A stretch of DNA of 63,762 nucleotides, counting the filler, from Octopus bimaculoides (taxonomy: Eukaryota): assembly GCF_001194135.2 (NCBI RefSeq). It is 4 parts of 4 records of this genome, joined end to end, with 100 filler letters (N's around TTAATTAATTAA, not from the genome) between each part and the next. Parts side by side here need not be neighbours in the genome. Positions count along the whole stretch, not along the records: positions 1 to 26,226 come from NC_069006.1; positions 26,327 to 38,602 come from NC_068983.1; positions 38,703 to 62,223 come from NC_068991.1; 1 more part is not named here. One strand, given 5' to 3'. A program made the translations under genes and the position numbers. The notes below the pieces were generated by a model. That model saw nothing but the letters and a program-made list of their open reading frames with translations, did not search any database and had not been told where the DNA came from. Shown in pieces: positions 25,301 to 39,014 of the stretch. Positions within the stretch are counted from its first letter, which is position 1. Each line of letters opens with the position of its first letter.

Positions 25301-25648
25301 AGTTCTGAAGGCCAAGCGCAAAATGATGAACGTTACGAACGAGATGACACAAGCTTGAGATACATGGTATCTCAATCCTCTACTCAAGAAGACTTGCCCA
25401 CCACAACAAAACTGAGGTCTTAAAACCAAGGTACCACGGTCCGCACCAGGTTCCATAGTCTGTTTTGGCCTGGTTTCTATGGCTGAAAGCCAACCACTGC
25501 CACAGAAAGACATACACAAACACTTCTCTACTTACATGGTATCCGACGGCAACACAACGTTCATCACCAGAACATTTGGATAGCAGGACTGTTGGGTTTA
25601 GTAGAGCATCTTCATCAGTGCTAAGTTTGTAGGAACACACATTAAAAG
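14042..25648 (-). CDS. WDR75: WD repeat-containing protein 75 (UTP17/NAN1, t-UTP/SSU processome), 15 exons, ~638 aa recovered; N-terminal exons missing
   Basis: Minus-strand exons 25648-25536, 25115-25045, 24421-24323, 23555-23467, 22626-22471, 21517-21318, 20540-20353, 19602-19424, 18821-18635, 17736-17645, 17250-17164, 16890-16661, 16129-15995, 14853-14768, 14045-14042. All are GT-AG and phase-consistent. Diagnostic peptides: FTCVSCHPNEQCLATGSSDGRIIIW, HWHALTVVDLRFS, LFSGGHECTLVTW...DFLPRLGAPI, DPNKKALVSNGKPGHLQFY, WLATLQ...SLKFW, IPAAVCPPVASFTGRFIQSLL. Confidence 0.93.
14332..14526 (-). mobile_element. SINE/LINE-3'-end family copy with (GAT)n tail, inserted into a Tc1 MITE
   Basis: Same family as 8490-8680, 9910-10335, 22681-23240, 24030-24210 and 24530-24960. 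Flanked by a 5-bp AGAAT duplication. Confidence 0.7.
22681..23240 (-). mobile_element. (GAT)n-tailed SINE with internal ~70-bp tandem units
   Basis: Reverse complement of the element at 24530-24960 (GGAGTGGTTGGCGTTAGGAAGGGCATCCAGCTGTAGAAACTCTGCC core, ATGATGATG tail). Confidence 0.75.
24530..24960 (+). mobile_element. (GAT)n-tailed SINE with internal ~70-bp tandem units
   Basis: Repeated GGTGGCAC(G/A)TAAAAA.CA(C/T)(A/T)TTTGAGCG units followed by the conserved core and ...CATGGAAGATGGACGTTAAACAATGATGAT. Confidence 0.75.
25228..25400 (+). pseudogene. 3'-terminal fragment of an RTE-like LINE
   Basis: Peptide SLKLEESCGRGKPRKTWDEVLK...EMTQ resembles the G.R.RGRP.KTW.E.V motif at the end of RTE ORF2. 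Confidence 0.5.
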
Positions 25649-26591
25649 CTACAATGAAAGAAAAAATAAAAGACACTTAGAATGTTTTGTCTTATTTAAT
25701 CCTTTAGTATTCAAACTGGTCATTTCTGGCCAAAATATTCTACAAGTTTCTTGTTCAAACCAGCTAGATCTATCCTCTCACACCAACCTACAATGTCATT
25801 CGAAAAATTAACAGCAACCTCATCGAAATCTCTGAGCTACAACATAATTAATGATTAATTCAAAACAATGTGAATTATTAAGCATTGCTTTTGAGAAAAC
25901 AACGTGGATGGATTCGGATGAAACTTTCAGGGATGTTTGGCCTTATGACAGTCATGAACTGATTAGATTTTGGGATTGATCCGGCACTGGACAAGGATTC
26001 CGGATTATTTTTCCAGTTGTTTTGCTTAATTTTTCAGAGCGGTCGGGTTCATTTTTAGTATTTTCGTTTGTGAGAGCAGTCAAGTTTACTGGTACTGGTT
26101 CTATTAGTCTCTTTTGCTAAACCACAAAGACACAAGGATGTAAACGAACCAACATTGGTTGTTGAGTGATGGTGTAATGACAGACAGACAGACACACACA
26201 CACACACAAACATATATATATATATANNNNNNNNNNNNNNNNNNNNNNNNNNNNNNNNNNNNNNNNNNNNTTAATTAATTAANNNNNNNNNNNNNNNNNN
26301 NNNNNNNNNNNNNNNNNNNNNNNNNNATTTACTTTACTTTATATTATACTCATTTATTGTGCTTTTAATTATTAATTTTTCTATATGTGATAGAATTGCT
26401 GTCACGCAGAATTTAACGCTTTGCGGCATTACGTCCCCCTTTATGTTCTGAGTTCAAAAAGTGCCGAGGTCGACTTTGTCTTTCATCTTTTCGTAGTCAA
26501 TAAAATAAGTAACTGAAATTGCTAGCCTTGTGCCAAAGTTTGAAACCAATATAAAGGTTTAAATATGCTATATATATGTGTGTGTGCGTGT

Positions 26592-26872
26592 GTGTGGTTC
26601 CCAAAGTGGGCAGCACTGCCCCAATGAGGGATGGTGGAAATTTCCGGGGGGGGGGATTAAAGAGAAGTGGGATGGTAATAGGGTAGCCAAAATGAGATGA
26701 TCAATGTAAAAAAATATTAATAGGTTACGTGTAAGTTTTATTTGTGAAATACTGTTGTTTTGAATTTGCTGCCGAAAGTGGTCTATATTTGTGGTAAGGA
26801 GGGTGTGGGGGCATTAGGAATGTGGCCTGGGTGCCAAAGGGGTGGCAACTTGAAAAAGTTTGGGAACCACTG
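26592..26872. mobile_element. hAT-type MITE
   Basis: Termini (T)GTGGTTCCCAAA and TTTGGGAACCACTG match the CAGTGGTTCCCAAA TIR type. A related half copy lies in reverse at ~17523-17585. Confidence 0.6.
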
Positions 26873-27066
26873 ATATAGATGACGTTCATACTATGGTAGA
26901 ATACATACATACATATATGATAATGTATGCTTACAATGTAGCGGTCGTGTACAGTGTACAGAATATATATGCAGCGATGAATTTATCTTTGACACTTTCA
27001 GACGTTGTATGTTTCTTATATAAATATGTATATATATTTGAATATTATACATCTGAGTATTGTTTA

Positions 27067-27067
<1 letters not shown>

Positions 27068-27131
<64 letters not shown>
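27068..27131. repeat. (TG)n microsatellite, representative of dozens of TG/TA/GA tracts
   Basis: Perfect dinucleotide run. Similar runs lie at 27421-27540, 33776-33845, 37650-37740, 46100-46155 and 59560-59645. Confidence 0.95.
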
Positions 27132-27134
<3 letters not shown>

Positions 27135-27418
27135 AATGCACACGTTCGCGCACACACGCGCGCGTACACGCGTAATATGGTTGCTGCCCAGTGCACTGAT
27201 CAACGTAATAAGACCTAAAAGCTAAAAAAATAAGATATGTTACAAACATATAACAGTAATTAAAGCAATTTTGTATTGGAAGTGTGCAGTCATGTACGTG
27301 TTATATGAGATAATCAATGTTTACGTAATCTGTACTGTGAATATATATGTTTCGGTAAATGGTTTATCGGTGTATCGAAATGTGCTTCTATGTTTATATG
27401 TCTATGTTAAGGTCTGTA

Positions 27419-27537
<119 letters not shown>

Positions 27538-29155
27538 GTGCGTATGCTACATTTAACCAGAAATTACTCTGACGAAAGTAGCATTAATATTTTAGATCGT
27601 TTCATTTTTCTCAACCGATCAATGGGCCGATTGAGTAAACCTAACAGTAACGAACCTATAATGACTACTGGAAACATCTGTCAGTCAAATTTACTACAAT
27701 AAAGGAAAAAAATATGTAATGACCCTTATTAATGTCATGTCTTGTATATCACTCTGTGTAAAACCCAGTATAACTGGAACACAACCATGGATTTACTATA
27801 TATAGAATAGTGATGAACTATAACCTTAAACCCTGCCACAAGAATACGTGGAGTTCTTTACTAATCTAAATAATACCGTTAGCCTGGTATACTAACAGAA
27901 AGGCTTGGATTGATGCTTCCCAATATATGTTTTTATATGCTACTATTAGTTTCATGTGCTGAGAACAGGTCAAACATTGTTCTATAACATATATGGTTTC
28001 CCAGCACAATCATCAGACACTCCCCACATGAATTCGTTATGCCATCTAAGCAGTGTCTGATGATCGTGCTTGGACACCAAACATGTTATGAACCAATATT
28101 TGGCATTGTCCTCAGCATATAAAAATAGTAGTAGCGCATAAAAAAAATTGTGTTTATTAAATAATATTTATCTCTCGCCAGGTGGAGTAATTTTTGTTGT
28201 TGTTGATTTTATCATCACGGAACAGTACACTGCATATGTGTGTGTGTGTGTGTATTTGTCCCCCATCACCGCTTGACAACCGATGCTGGTGTGTTTACAT
28301 CCCCGTAACCTAGAGGTTCATCAAAAGAGACCGATAGAATAGCTACCAGACTTTAAAGAGAAAGGTACTAGGGTCGATTCATTCGACTAAAATCCTTCGG
28401 TGCGGTGCTCCAGCATGGCCGCCGTCTAATGACTGAAACAAGTGAAAAAGAAATGAAAGATTCATACGCACACACGTATATATATGCAGTATAATATGTG
28501 TATTTACGAACGTACATCTGCATGTATGTATGCATGCATGTATGTATGCATGCATGTATGTATGCATGCATGTATGTATGTATATACTCTAATGCATACA
28601 TTGCTGTATCACTCATAAATGGATTACCACAATAGTGCACTATGTTGTAAAAACAGTCACATGAATATATGTATAGAATTATATCTAAATGTACTTTGTA
28701 CAAAATAGTCTATATTCCTTGATATATAGATATTTGATTTAATATCTATAAACATAGATTGTATTGTTCCTTGGCGTATATATAAATGTCGAAATACAGT
28801 TATTTAATCACATATATAAGTATACGTGTGTTTGTGTTTATGTTTTTATATATACGCCTATACGTGCGTGAGTAAGGACATTTTCATTTTATCGTTCATT
28901 TTATATTATAGTTATAAGCAAAAACAAAACAAAGTACATTCGAAATTATTCAACTCTGTTGACCCACTTCCGGTTCTCCGGTCATTAGAAACTAGGATTT
29001 TTTTATTGAATACTAAATCCATTCCTTGTTTTCTTGATCAAATACTGTATGGAAGCCACAAATAGCTGTTTAAACTAACTTATAGAAGACTGCATCTAAA
29101 TGTTTCCGTGAAATTAGAAAGCGATAATAATAATGATATAATAATGATGATGATG

Positions 29156-29188
<33 letters not shown>

Positions 29189-29376
29189 GTAATAATAATG
29201 ATAATAATAATAAATAGATAAATAAATAATAGATACATACATAAATAGAATAATTGATAAATAAAAAGAAAACTAGAAGAGAGAAATAGACAACATTGAC
29301 AGTACTTATTGATTTATCGATCTTCATTAGCAGCGATGTCGGTCGGTATTTCAGGGAATTGAAGAGTTGCACAGGC

Positions 29377-29414
<38 letters not shown>

Positions 29415-29802
29415 GGGGGAGGGAGAAGAGGAAGTTTTAACTAGGTCTAACATGAATACACTGATGACGTAGATAGGAACCAAGGTGGAGAAACCCAATA
29501 ATGAATCGCGATTCGTTGCTGTTATTTTCATAGTCGTCATTGTCGCCGTCGTCGTTGTCGCCGTCGCCGCCACCGTCGTCATTGCGGTGGAGGTGTTGGT
29601 AATAGTGCTGCTGCTGCTGCTTCTACTGCTGTTCAGCCCTAATTTATTTCTGATCACGCAGATCTTGCTATGTGAAAATCCACAGATCCAGTGCTCCAGA
29701 TTTGCCATATCCCTACCAAGTTAAAGAGTACACTTACACACTTCAACATGCGGCGGTTAGAAGGGTTGCAATGTAGAAAACTGCTTATGTTCCATTACCT
29801 CC

Positions 29803-30188
29803 GTAGAAGCACAATGGCTCAGTGGTTAGGGCAGCGGACTCGCGGTCGTAGGATCGCGTTTTCGATTCCCAGACCGGGCGTTGTGAGTGTTTATTGAACG
29901 AAAACACCTAAAGCTCCACGTGGCTTCGGCAGGGTATGGTGGTGAACCCTGCTGCACCCTTTCACCACAACTTTCTCTCACTCTTACTTCCTGTTTCTGT
30001 TGTGCCTGTAATTCAAAGGGTCAGCCTTGTCACACTGTGTCACGCTGAATATCCCCGAGAACTACGTTAAGGCTACACGTGTGACTGTGGAGTGCTCAGC
30101 CATTTGAACGTTAATTTCACGAGCAGGCTGTTCCGTTGATCGGATCAACTGGAACCCTCGACGTCGTAAACGACAGAGTGCCAACAAA
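29803..30188 (+). mobile_element. tRNA-derived SINE with 12-bp target-site duplication
   Basis: A box TGGCTCAGTGG and B-box-like TTCGATTCC; exact TSD TCCATTACCTCC at 29791-29802 and 30189-30200. A partial reverse copy lies at ~21780-21980. Confidence 0.85.
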
Positions 30189-31029
30189 TCCATTACCTCC
30201 ATTTTCCAGTCTATTCTTGTAAACCTTCACATTCTTCTTGCGACCAGAGGAGAGTTGACATTTACCTCTGCTGGTGTACATCTTAGCACAACATTTTAGA
30301 CTTAATCCAGTGGTTGATACTATCAGGTGTGTGATGGCGGTGGTGGGGGGGAGGGAGGGTGTTTTTTTAATTCTTGTCTGGACTTAGAAAGAAACAGAGA
30401 TTTTAGTGTTATTTTCAGCTTCTGAGCAACATATGATCATAGACATTCTGAACGTGACCATCCCATCTTATTTTGTTAGCTATGGTATATCTAGAACTAC
30501 ATTAATAAATGCGTTTCCTTTTAAAGACAACAAAGCATGATTTGAGAGAAATTTAATGAATATTTTAAGTATGTTGAGCGACTACTTGCACGTTTCTGCG
30601 TTGACTCGGTAATGTTGCAACTGTTTCGGGATGTGCAGCTCAGGTGCATCTCGATCAAGCCGACCTATGGCACTTAATTTAGTCAGCCTGATGATTAAGT
30701 GCAGTTCCAGATCCAAGGCGTGCTATTTTCTGTTTGATGTGTAATGAATTCCTAGAATATGGATTATGTATTCATCTGTAAGTCTTAGAGGGATTGGTTA
30801 CGTATTATTATTATTTTAACCTTTGCATACTATGTATATGTTTCTTCCTTTTCATTGTGTACTGTGTATACTTACTCTTTCTTTATAATCATTTTATCAT
30901 TTCATTATATGTAAACCTGCACACTTTATGTCTGTCTTTGTATTCCCCCCCCCCCATCCTTCGTTCGTCCTTGTGGCAAATAAATAAAATCATCATCATC
31001 ATCATCGTCATCGTCATCGTTATCATCAC

Positions 31030-31067
<38 letters not shown>

Positions 31068-31243
31068 NNNNNNNNNNNNNNNNNNNNNNNNNNNNNNNNN
31101 NNNNNNNNNNNNNNNNNNNNNNNNNNNNNNNNNNNNNNNNNNNNNNNNNNNNNNNNNNNNNNNNNNNNNNNNNNNNNNNNNNNNNNNNNNNNNNNNNNNN
31201 NNNNNNNNNNNNNNNNNNNNNNNNNNNNNNNNNNNNNNNNNNN

Positions 31244-31339
<96 letters not shown>

Positions 31340-31341
<2 letters not shown>

Positions 31342-31817
31342 GTTTGGCTTTTGCTTTGTATTTGTACAAGTTAGCTCCAAGTCTCATCCAGAGACCACAA
31401 GAGACAAGTTAGAAGTTCAAATTGGTGTTATGACTAGGGTGCCATATTTTTGGGTTTGCACAAAATATTGTTCTAGAGAATGTCTGTGAAAACACAAGAA
31501 AATTAGAAGTTTGTTCTAAAAGTAATTTGATTGTAAGGTGATAGATAGTGTGAAGATGACAGCAAAAGGTGTTTACTATTATGGATATTTAAAATGTTTT
31601 GGGGATTACATAGACAATATCTTTCTTAGGATATGAGCAGTTCCCACGAGTACTATTTTTTAAATTTCTTCCATTTCGGATTTCCTGGTATCTGAGCTAG
31701 GTAGCAATCAGCCCCTTTTGCTATCATTCCTAGGGCACTTATGATAACAGTTATTGTTTTAGTTTTGAGATTCCACATTTTGCCTGTTTCTATTTCAAGA
31801 TATTTATACTTGCTCAG

Positions 31818-31892
<75 letters not shown>

Positions 31893-32205
31893 TTATGTTT
31901 GACTTTTGCTTTGCATTTCTACAAGTTGGATCCAAGTCTCACCCAGAGATCTCAAGAGACAACAAGTTAGAAGTTCATGTAGGTGTTATGCCTAGGGTAC
32001 CATATATTTCGATTTGCACATAGTGTTGTTCTAGAGAATGTTTATGAAACCATAAGAAAATTATGTGTTTGTTTTAAAATTTGAGATCACATAGACAGTA
32101 TTTTACGTAGAATATGGGCAGTTCCCATGAGCACTATCTTTTGAACTTCAGCCATTTTGGGGTTTCCTGGTATCTGAGCTAGGTAGTAATCAGCCCGTTT
32201 CGTTA

Positions 32206-32210
<5 letters not shown>
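31340..32210 (-). mobile_element. Two tandem 3'-terminal fragments of an R4/Dong-type retrotransposon
   Basis: Similar units at ~31340-31815 and ~31893-32205, each abutting long (ATT)n. The minus strand encodes decayed VIISALGMIAKG...QIPGNP...KIVLVGTAHILRKILS, the C-terminus typical of RLE-type elements. Confidence 0.7.
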
Positions 32211-32265
<55 letters not shown>

Positions 32266-33771
32266 GTTGTTGTTGTTGTTGTTGTTGTTGTTATTATTAT
32301 TATTATAAAAGGATTGACTGAAATCTTCACAAAGGTAAATAGTCAAGACGAATCCGCCAACCAACTAAAACAATTCTATACAGGAAAAAAAATTTAGGAT
32401 AGACTTAATTGAAGTATTTAATGAATTTGTGAGAGGAAACATTGACAACATCGATTTAAACCTTTGCAACCAAAAGTCAAACACCAGCACTCACACACTC
32501 AAATCTTGCCAAACATAAATATTAGTGACTTCCGAAGCATTTGAGCGAACGTGACTCGTTGAGAGAAAGTTTTAGACATTGAAGAAGAAAAAAAAAACTT
32601 ATCCGAAAAATAAACACGTTCGTAGGTGTGACAAAAGTGCTTCCGTGCTTAAGATATTCATCCGTGCTTAAGAAATTTGTCGAAGAATGAGCCAGAAAAG
32701 ATTTAACTTCCTTGCACAACCTGCACACCAGCACAAATGGTTTGCTTATAGTGATCAAATATATCTGCTGAACATTAACTCACTCTGTTCATCACATTGA
32801 TGATGCCTGAACAGTTGCACAGTGTTCCACACGTTAGGTGTCGAAGTGATCACAGAGCAACGTGAGATGAAGTGTTTTGCTCAAGCACACAACGCACCAC
32901 CTGGTCTAGGAATCGAAACTTTGATCTCGTGATCGTGAGTGCAACAGCCTAACGACTTGGCCATACGTCCTCACGATATATATATATATATATATANNNN
33001 NNNNNNNNNNNNNNNNNNNNNNNNNNNNNNNNNNNNNNNNNNNNNNNNNNNNNNNNNNNNNNNNNNNNNNNNNNNNNNNNNNNNNNNNNNNNNNNNNNNN
33101 NNNNNNNNNNNNNNNNNNNNNNNNNNNNNNNNNNNNNNNNNNNNNNNNNNNNNNNNNNNNNNNNNNNNNNNNNNNNNNNNNNNNNNNNNNNNNNNNNNNN
33201 NNNNNNNNNNNNNNNNNNNNNNNNNNNNNNNNNNNNNNNNNNNNNNNNNNNNNNNNNNNNNNNNNNNNNNNNNNNNNNNNNNNNNNNNNNNNNNNNNNNN
33301 NNNNNNNNNNNNNNNNNNNNNNNNNNNNNNNNNNNNNNNNNNNNNNNNNNNNNNNNNNNNNNNNNNNNNNNNNNNNNNNNNNNNNNNNNNNNNNNNNNNN
33401 NNNNNNNNNNNNNNNNNNNNNNNNNNNNNNNNNNNNNNNNNNNNNNNNNNNNNNNNNNNNNNNNNNNNNNNNNNNNNNNNNNNNNNNNNNNNNNNNNNNN
33501 NNNNNNNNNNNNNNNNNNNNNNNNNNNNNNNNNNNNNNNNNNNNNNNNNNNNNNNNNNNNNNNNNNNNNNNNNNNNNNNNNNATATATATATATATATAT
33601 ATATACATACATAAATAAATGCATATATAGGTTTATATATGTACCCATTCATATATATATATCCATACTTACCATACTTATACTTATGTCTGTATATATA
33701 TATATGTGTGTGTGTATACATGTATAAACATATAGATATACCTACCACTATAAATGTGTGAGAGACAGAGA

Positions 33772-33838
<67 letters not shown>

Positions 33839-34341
33839 GTGTGTGTAGGCATTTCGCCAAAGATTTGACATTTAAGCTTTTACTGGTTAACACACCAATT
33901 TCATCGAGTAGGGCGAATTTTTGTGTACCAACATTTATAAGATGTAATAGACATACTTATACGTATGCATACATGCTTAAATACACACATATACACACAC
34001 ATACATACACACACATACACACACATACATATAGATACACTGATAGTCAAACACAAACACTTGCAACCAAATATGCTTAAGTAGTCGTACGGGAGTGTGT
34101 GTGTGTATGTGTGTGTGTGTGTGTGTGTGTGCGTATGTATGTGTGTGTGTGTACGTGTGCATGCGCATGCGTACATATTATTCTCTTTTACGTTCACATA
34201 TGCATATATGTGTTTGTGTGCGTATTTTTTGCAAATAGGCAAGTAAGTATATATCACTTATTTTGGCTAAATTCTTCGTGAATGTTAATAGTATAGTTGT
34301 GAATAATTTGTTTAACACACACACACTCACACACACACACA

Positions 34342-34415
<74 letters not shown>

Positions 34416-36519
34416 CATACATACTTATATGCATAAGTATATACATGCACATACATGTATGCATACATTGATTAACAAGATCTGAGTGAAGTCTTCAAAC
34501 CTCATTTCTGTTATATTACCACTAACTGTATTTTTAATTATATATCTAGCACCCTTCCTTCCTTTATTTTCTTATGTAATACAACACTGTCTTATCACCG
34601 AAGCACTTTTTAAACATTAGTTTTAAAAAACTAGCATTATTTTCAGTGTGTTAAGCAGACAAGACAAATATATTACTAATATTCTCTTTCTTCACATCTA
34701 GTTCTTCAGAAGTAATGCTTAAAAAAATAGTGAACCGCCCAGACACACAACGAAACGCCTCCTTGTGGCTTTGAACTCGCGTCGTAAAAGCCTGTCCTTC
34801 AAACGACCATCTCATCTCTATTTTGAAGCGTAAGAACAATTGGTGAAATGGTGTTATTAGATATACATTAAATATACAATCGACTAAATAATCAATTGCA
34901 CAGTGATTTGGATAATTTGCGACGTATAAGCAAATAATCCAATACTTTATTTACATAACCATCTCAGACAAATAAACAAATAAAGTTTGATATTAACTCA
35001 GAAAGTAAACAGTTTGATGTTATTTGAATGTTATTTGAATGATATCTGAAAAATCCATCATCAGCTTAAAGCCCGATGAATGACTGCCTAATCAGCAGTT
35101 ACTTCGTAGTCGATGACTGTCTGGTCAACGACCTACTATGGATCATAAAGTATTCACTACACTGATTGAGACAACCCAACCGATTACTTTTTCATAGTAT
35201 CGGCGTTAACAGGCTTAATATTATTGCGAGAGGGAGAAAAACAACACATCTATGAAATTACAACAGTCAGAAGTAAACTATTATCAGCTTATTGTTCAAT
35301 ACTAGTCAAGAAAGCTAGGGAAGATATTTCCAGAGCCTTAATAAAAGTTAATTGAAATACAATGTGGGTACTGCAGTGAGCTAGTGAATCTGATCTTGAC
35401 AGTACAGTGATAAATCCTAACATACTTCAGTCGTATTAAACCTTTTTAACGAAATATAGTTTTCAACAATAATAAATGTTAAATTAAGGAAGACAGTAAT
35501 AGTTATAACACATAAACAAAGGAACTACTGGACGAGTGCGGCCTCATAGATAATGACACAGGCAAAGAAAGGTGCCACGGAAAAAGTCAGAAAAGGGAAG
35601 GTTTTAGGAGTTTGTACCTAGAATTGAGGAATGTTAGCCGGGATATTCAAAAGCAGACTATACAATTTTAGAAAATCGCCATTGGAATTCCACAATTCAA
35701 GGTACAAGCACCTTCAACTTCCTCATTCATTAAACTTTGCATGCGCGTCTGTTACACCTCGTATGTGTGCACATGCATCTGTATGCGTGTGTGTGTGTGC
35801 GCGCACGTGTGTGTGTATGTGTATGTGTTCTATAGATGCATGGACTCCACTATCATAGCATCCTCTATCTTCAGTTAGCTCGGAACGGATCACTTGCTTC
35901 TTACTTCATTTGACCTCGAACATGCTACAAACGATAGCCGTCTATCACACTTCTCTGATTCTTTACATCCCCTCTCTTTATTTATCACTCACACCACGTC
36001 TCACACGCTTTTCCTCTTCTCTTTCCTCACATCTCTCCTTCACTCTATTCCATTCTTCATATACTTGCGTCACGGTGGTTAAACTGTTTGTATCTTATTG
36101 AGTATCAAACAAAGCCCCAATACCTGAAATGTTAGATTCTTTCACACCCTAGCTCATGATAAATCAACTTATTGAACGATGCTACAAACTTCGATACGAA
36201 TTCATTCCAGCCGACACAGATCATTTACTAGATTTCTCAGATTCTGGACTGTAACATATATAATTTGGTAGGATTTTTAGTGTGTGGGGTAATAAAAGGC
36301 AGCAATGTTGAAATATTGAGAAATTCAAACTCAGAATTGTATACCAAAAACTCCATAAATAATAACATTTACTCCAGATGTCTAACCCAACAAATAGGAA
36401 AAACTGTTATTGTACATTTTAAGCTTTCTTCCGATTTATTGCTATTAAAACAGAAGGGGAAACACAGAATGTACGTACTTAGCAAAAACATTTTTTATAA
36501 TCAATCATAAAATAAACCA

Positions 36520-37030
36520 TAATATAATCTAAGCATTTACTGAAACAGAAATTATATATTTAATTTTTTTAAAAAGCTATATATTTATTAAAAAAAACTA
36601 CATTCACTGAAATCAGAAAATATATAGTTACAACTTAAATTATAAAAAGTAAAATCTATGCATTTACAAAAAAAAATCTATATATTTATTAAAAACAGAC
36701 ATTGTTTACTAAAAAAATAATCTACATATTTACTGAAAAAACATATTCTTTACGTTTTAGGAAAACAGAAATGCTACGCACGTAGTAAGAATAATAAACA
36801 GAAAAAATATTTAGCAAAATATAACATTTTTGATGTACAAATCAACCACAATATATACATAGTTCACTGAAATACATCAGGAAGTATATTCGTATATTTA
36901 CTAAAGATAGAAATTGTACACTTACTACCAATCAGAATATATACATTTATGATTAAAAACAAAAGACCTACAGAAGTTAGGAATTTGGAACAAAAAGCAA
37001 CAAAAAAGCTCTAAATTTACTAAACATAAA
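36520..37030 (+). repeat. Degenerate AT-rich minisatellite-like tract
   Basis: Recurrent ATATTTACT(G/A)AAA(A)CAGAAA-like units with irregular spacing. Confidence 0.4.
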
Positions 37031-37643
37031 TGATGTAATTTCAAACCAAATATTCAAATCACACACTGCCGTTTTGCAAAGGAGTACAACATCGAACAAA
37101 ATAGCCATGGATGAACAATATGACGTGATGGTGACAACTAGAATACAATTGATTACTTTCGATTGGAGCTAACCTGGACCTAAACAACGCTAGCGACAAA
37201 TGGAACGATACTTTTGCTTAAAACAAAAACTAAAAAACAAACTTCTATGTTTATAATAAATAGAAGCAATAATACAGCTATTTAAAAAGAAAAGAACATA
37301 AAAAGGAAAACACTAATTATTTATTTAAGAAAATAAATAAACAGCACGGGTCTCCCAGACACTCACCCACCATAGTAGACGTAGAAACTGCTTTTCGTTT
37401 TGATCTCCTGATTCGAAAATTATTGTAATCTATTGATCAAAGTTTCCATAATAGACAATAGACTTCAACTGTAGTTTTAATGTTCTCTAATGATACTTTT
37501 CCCCTTTCATCGCAAGTAGAGTAAATTATACAGCATTGGTTTCATTTAACGTATAATTATGTGTAGTATTGTGTGTGAGTGTGTGTGTATGTGTGTGTGA
37601 GTGTATGTGGGTTTGCATGTGTGTCTGTGTTTGTGTGTGTATG

Positions 37644-37746
<103 letters not shown>

Positions 37747-38383
37747 TTATATATATTATGTATGTATATGTATGTATTGATGCATATGTCTGCAAAAAAC
37801 GTATATATGTATAGATACATATAAGTTAAATATATGCCTATATCTACATCCTCCCTGAAATTCTATCTCTCACTCTCTCTCTCTCTCTCTCTCTCTCTAT
37901 TTTTATATATATATAATATATAATGTGTATGTGTGTGTGTGTATACACATACATATACACTACCGTTGTTTATATGCCTATGTCCCTTGGCAGCTGGAAA
38001 TAAGATGTGACAATTGTAGCGCTGATGACGTCTATTGAGGCAGAAACACGTGTCCACGATTGGCCTCTTGTTTCCATCCAATAAGCCAGTCGATTGCCTT
38101 CACGACATGTCAGTATCGATAATTGTTTTTTTGCGATTATCTCATTTTGATACAGTTTTTCTTTTATCGTTTACTTCTTTCATTAATTTCACTGTTGCCA
38201 TGTTGGAGCACCGCCTTAAAGGTGCATAGCCGAACAAATCAATCCCAGTGTTTACTTTGTATCCCTAAGTCTAGTACTTAATAAGCCGTTCTATTTTGCC
38301 GAACCGCTGGATTACGGGGGTTAAACAAGCCAATACCGGTTTTCAAGCAGTGGGGAGGGCGAAAACTCTCTTTCTCTCTCCCT

Positions 38384-38448
<65 letters not shown>

Positions 38449-38547
38449 GTATGTGTGTGTGTGAGAGTGTACGTGTGTATATGTACATATATCCATATAT
38501 GCATATATATGTATATATATATGTATGTATATGTGTATATATATGTT

Positions 38548-38602
<55 letters not shown>

Positions 38603-39014
38603 NNNNNNNNNNNNNNNNNNNNNNNNNNNNNNNNNNNNNNNNNNNNTTAATTAATTAANNNNNNNNNNNNNNNNNNNNNNNNNNNNNNNNNNNNNNNNNN
38701 NNAAGGCGGTGCTCTAGCATGGCCGCAGTCAAATGAATGAAACAAGTAAAAGATTAAACTGAGTGTCATGGGGTAGGTATTTATGTCGTTGGCACTTCTA
38801 GGGTTATCTTCCTCACTACCGCTACTACTACCACTACCACAGTTGGTAGTTGTAGTGGGGTTGATGATGATAGCAGTAACGACGGTAGTGGTAGTAGTAG
38901 TGGTAGTGAGGAAGATAACACTAGAAGAGTCAAGAACATGAATACCCACCCCTTTGACACTCAGTTTTTCAACATACGTGACAAATCTTACAACAATGAG
39001 CCGTAAATACAGAG

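Noticed and set aside
26271-26282. TTAATTAATTAA flanked by N runs (also 38647-38658 and 62268-62279)
   Set aside because: The identical string centred in three gaps has stops in all six frames; it is most simply an assembly spacer, not biology.
29070-29724. Long ORFs such as 29070-29708, 30794-31489, 44951-45541, 54275-54856 and 62325-62852
   Set aside because: They are translations of tri- and dinucleotide microsatellites (poly-I/L/N/T, HT, CV, YI) with no recognisable domains.
29803-29885. tRNA gene candidates with A/B boxes (also ~20645-20720)
   Set aside because: No complete cloverleaf; they continue into SINE bodies, and the first has a TSD.
30201-30320. Minus-strand open stretch GLSLKCCAKMYTSRGKCQLSSGRKKNVKVYKNRLENG ending at a GTAAT donor-like site
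   Set aside because: No convincing acceptor, no match to the missing WDR75 N-terminus, and the apparent donor is part of the SINE TSD.
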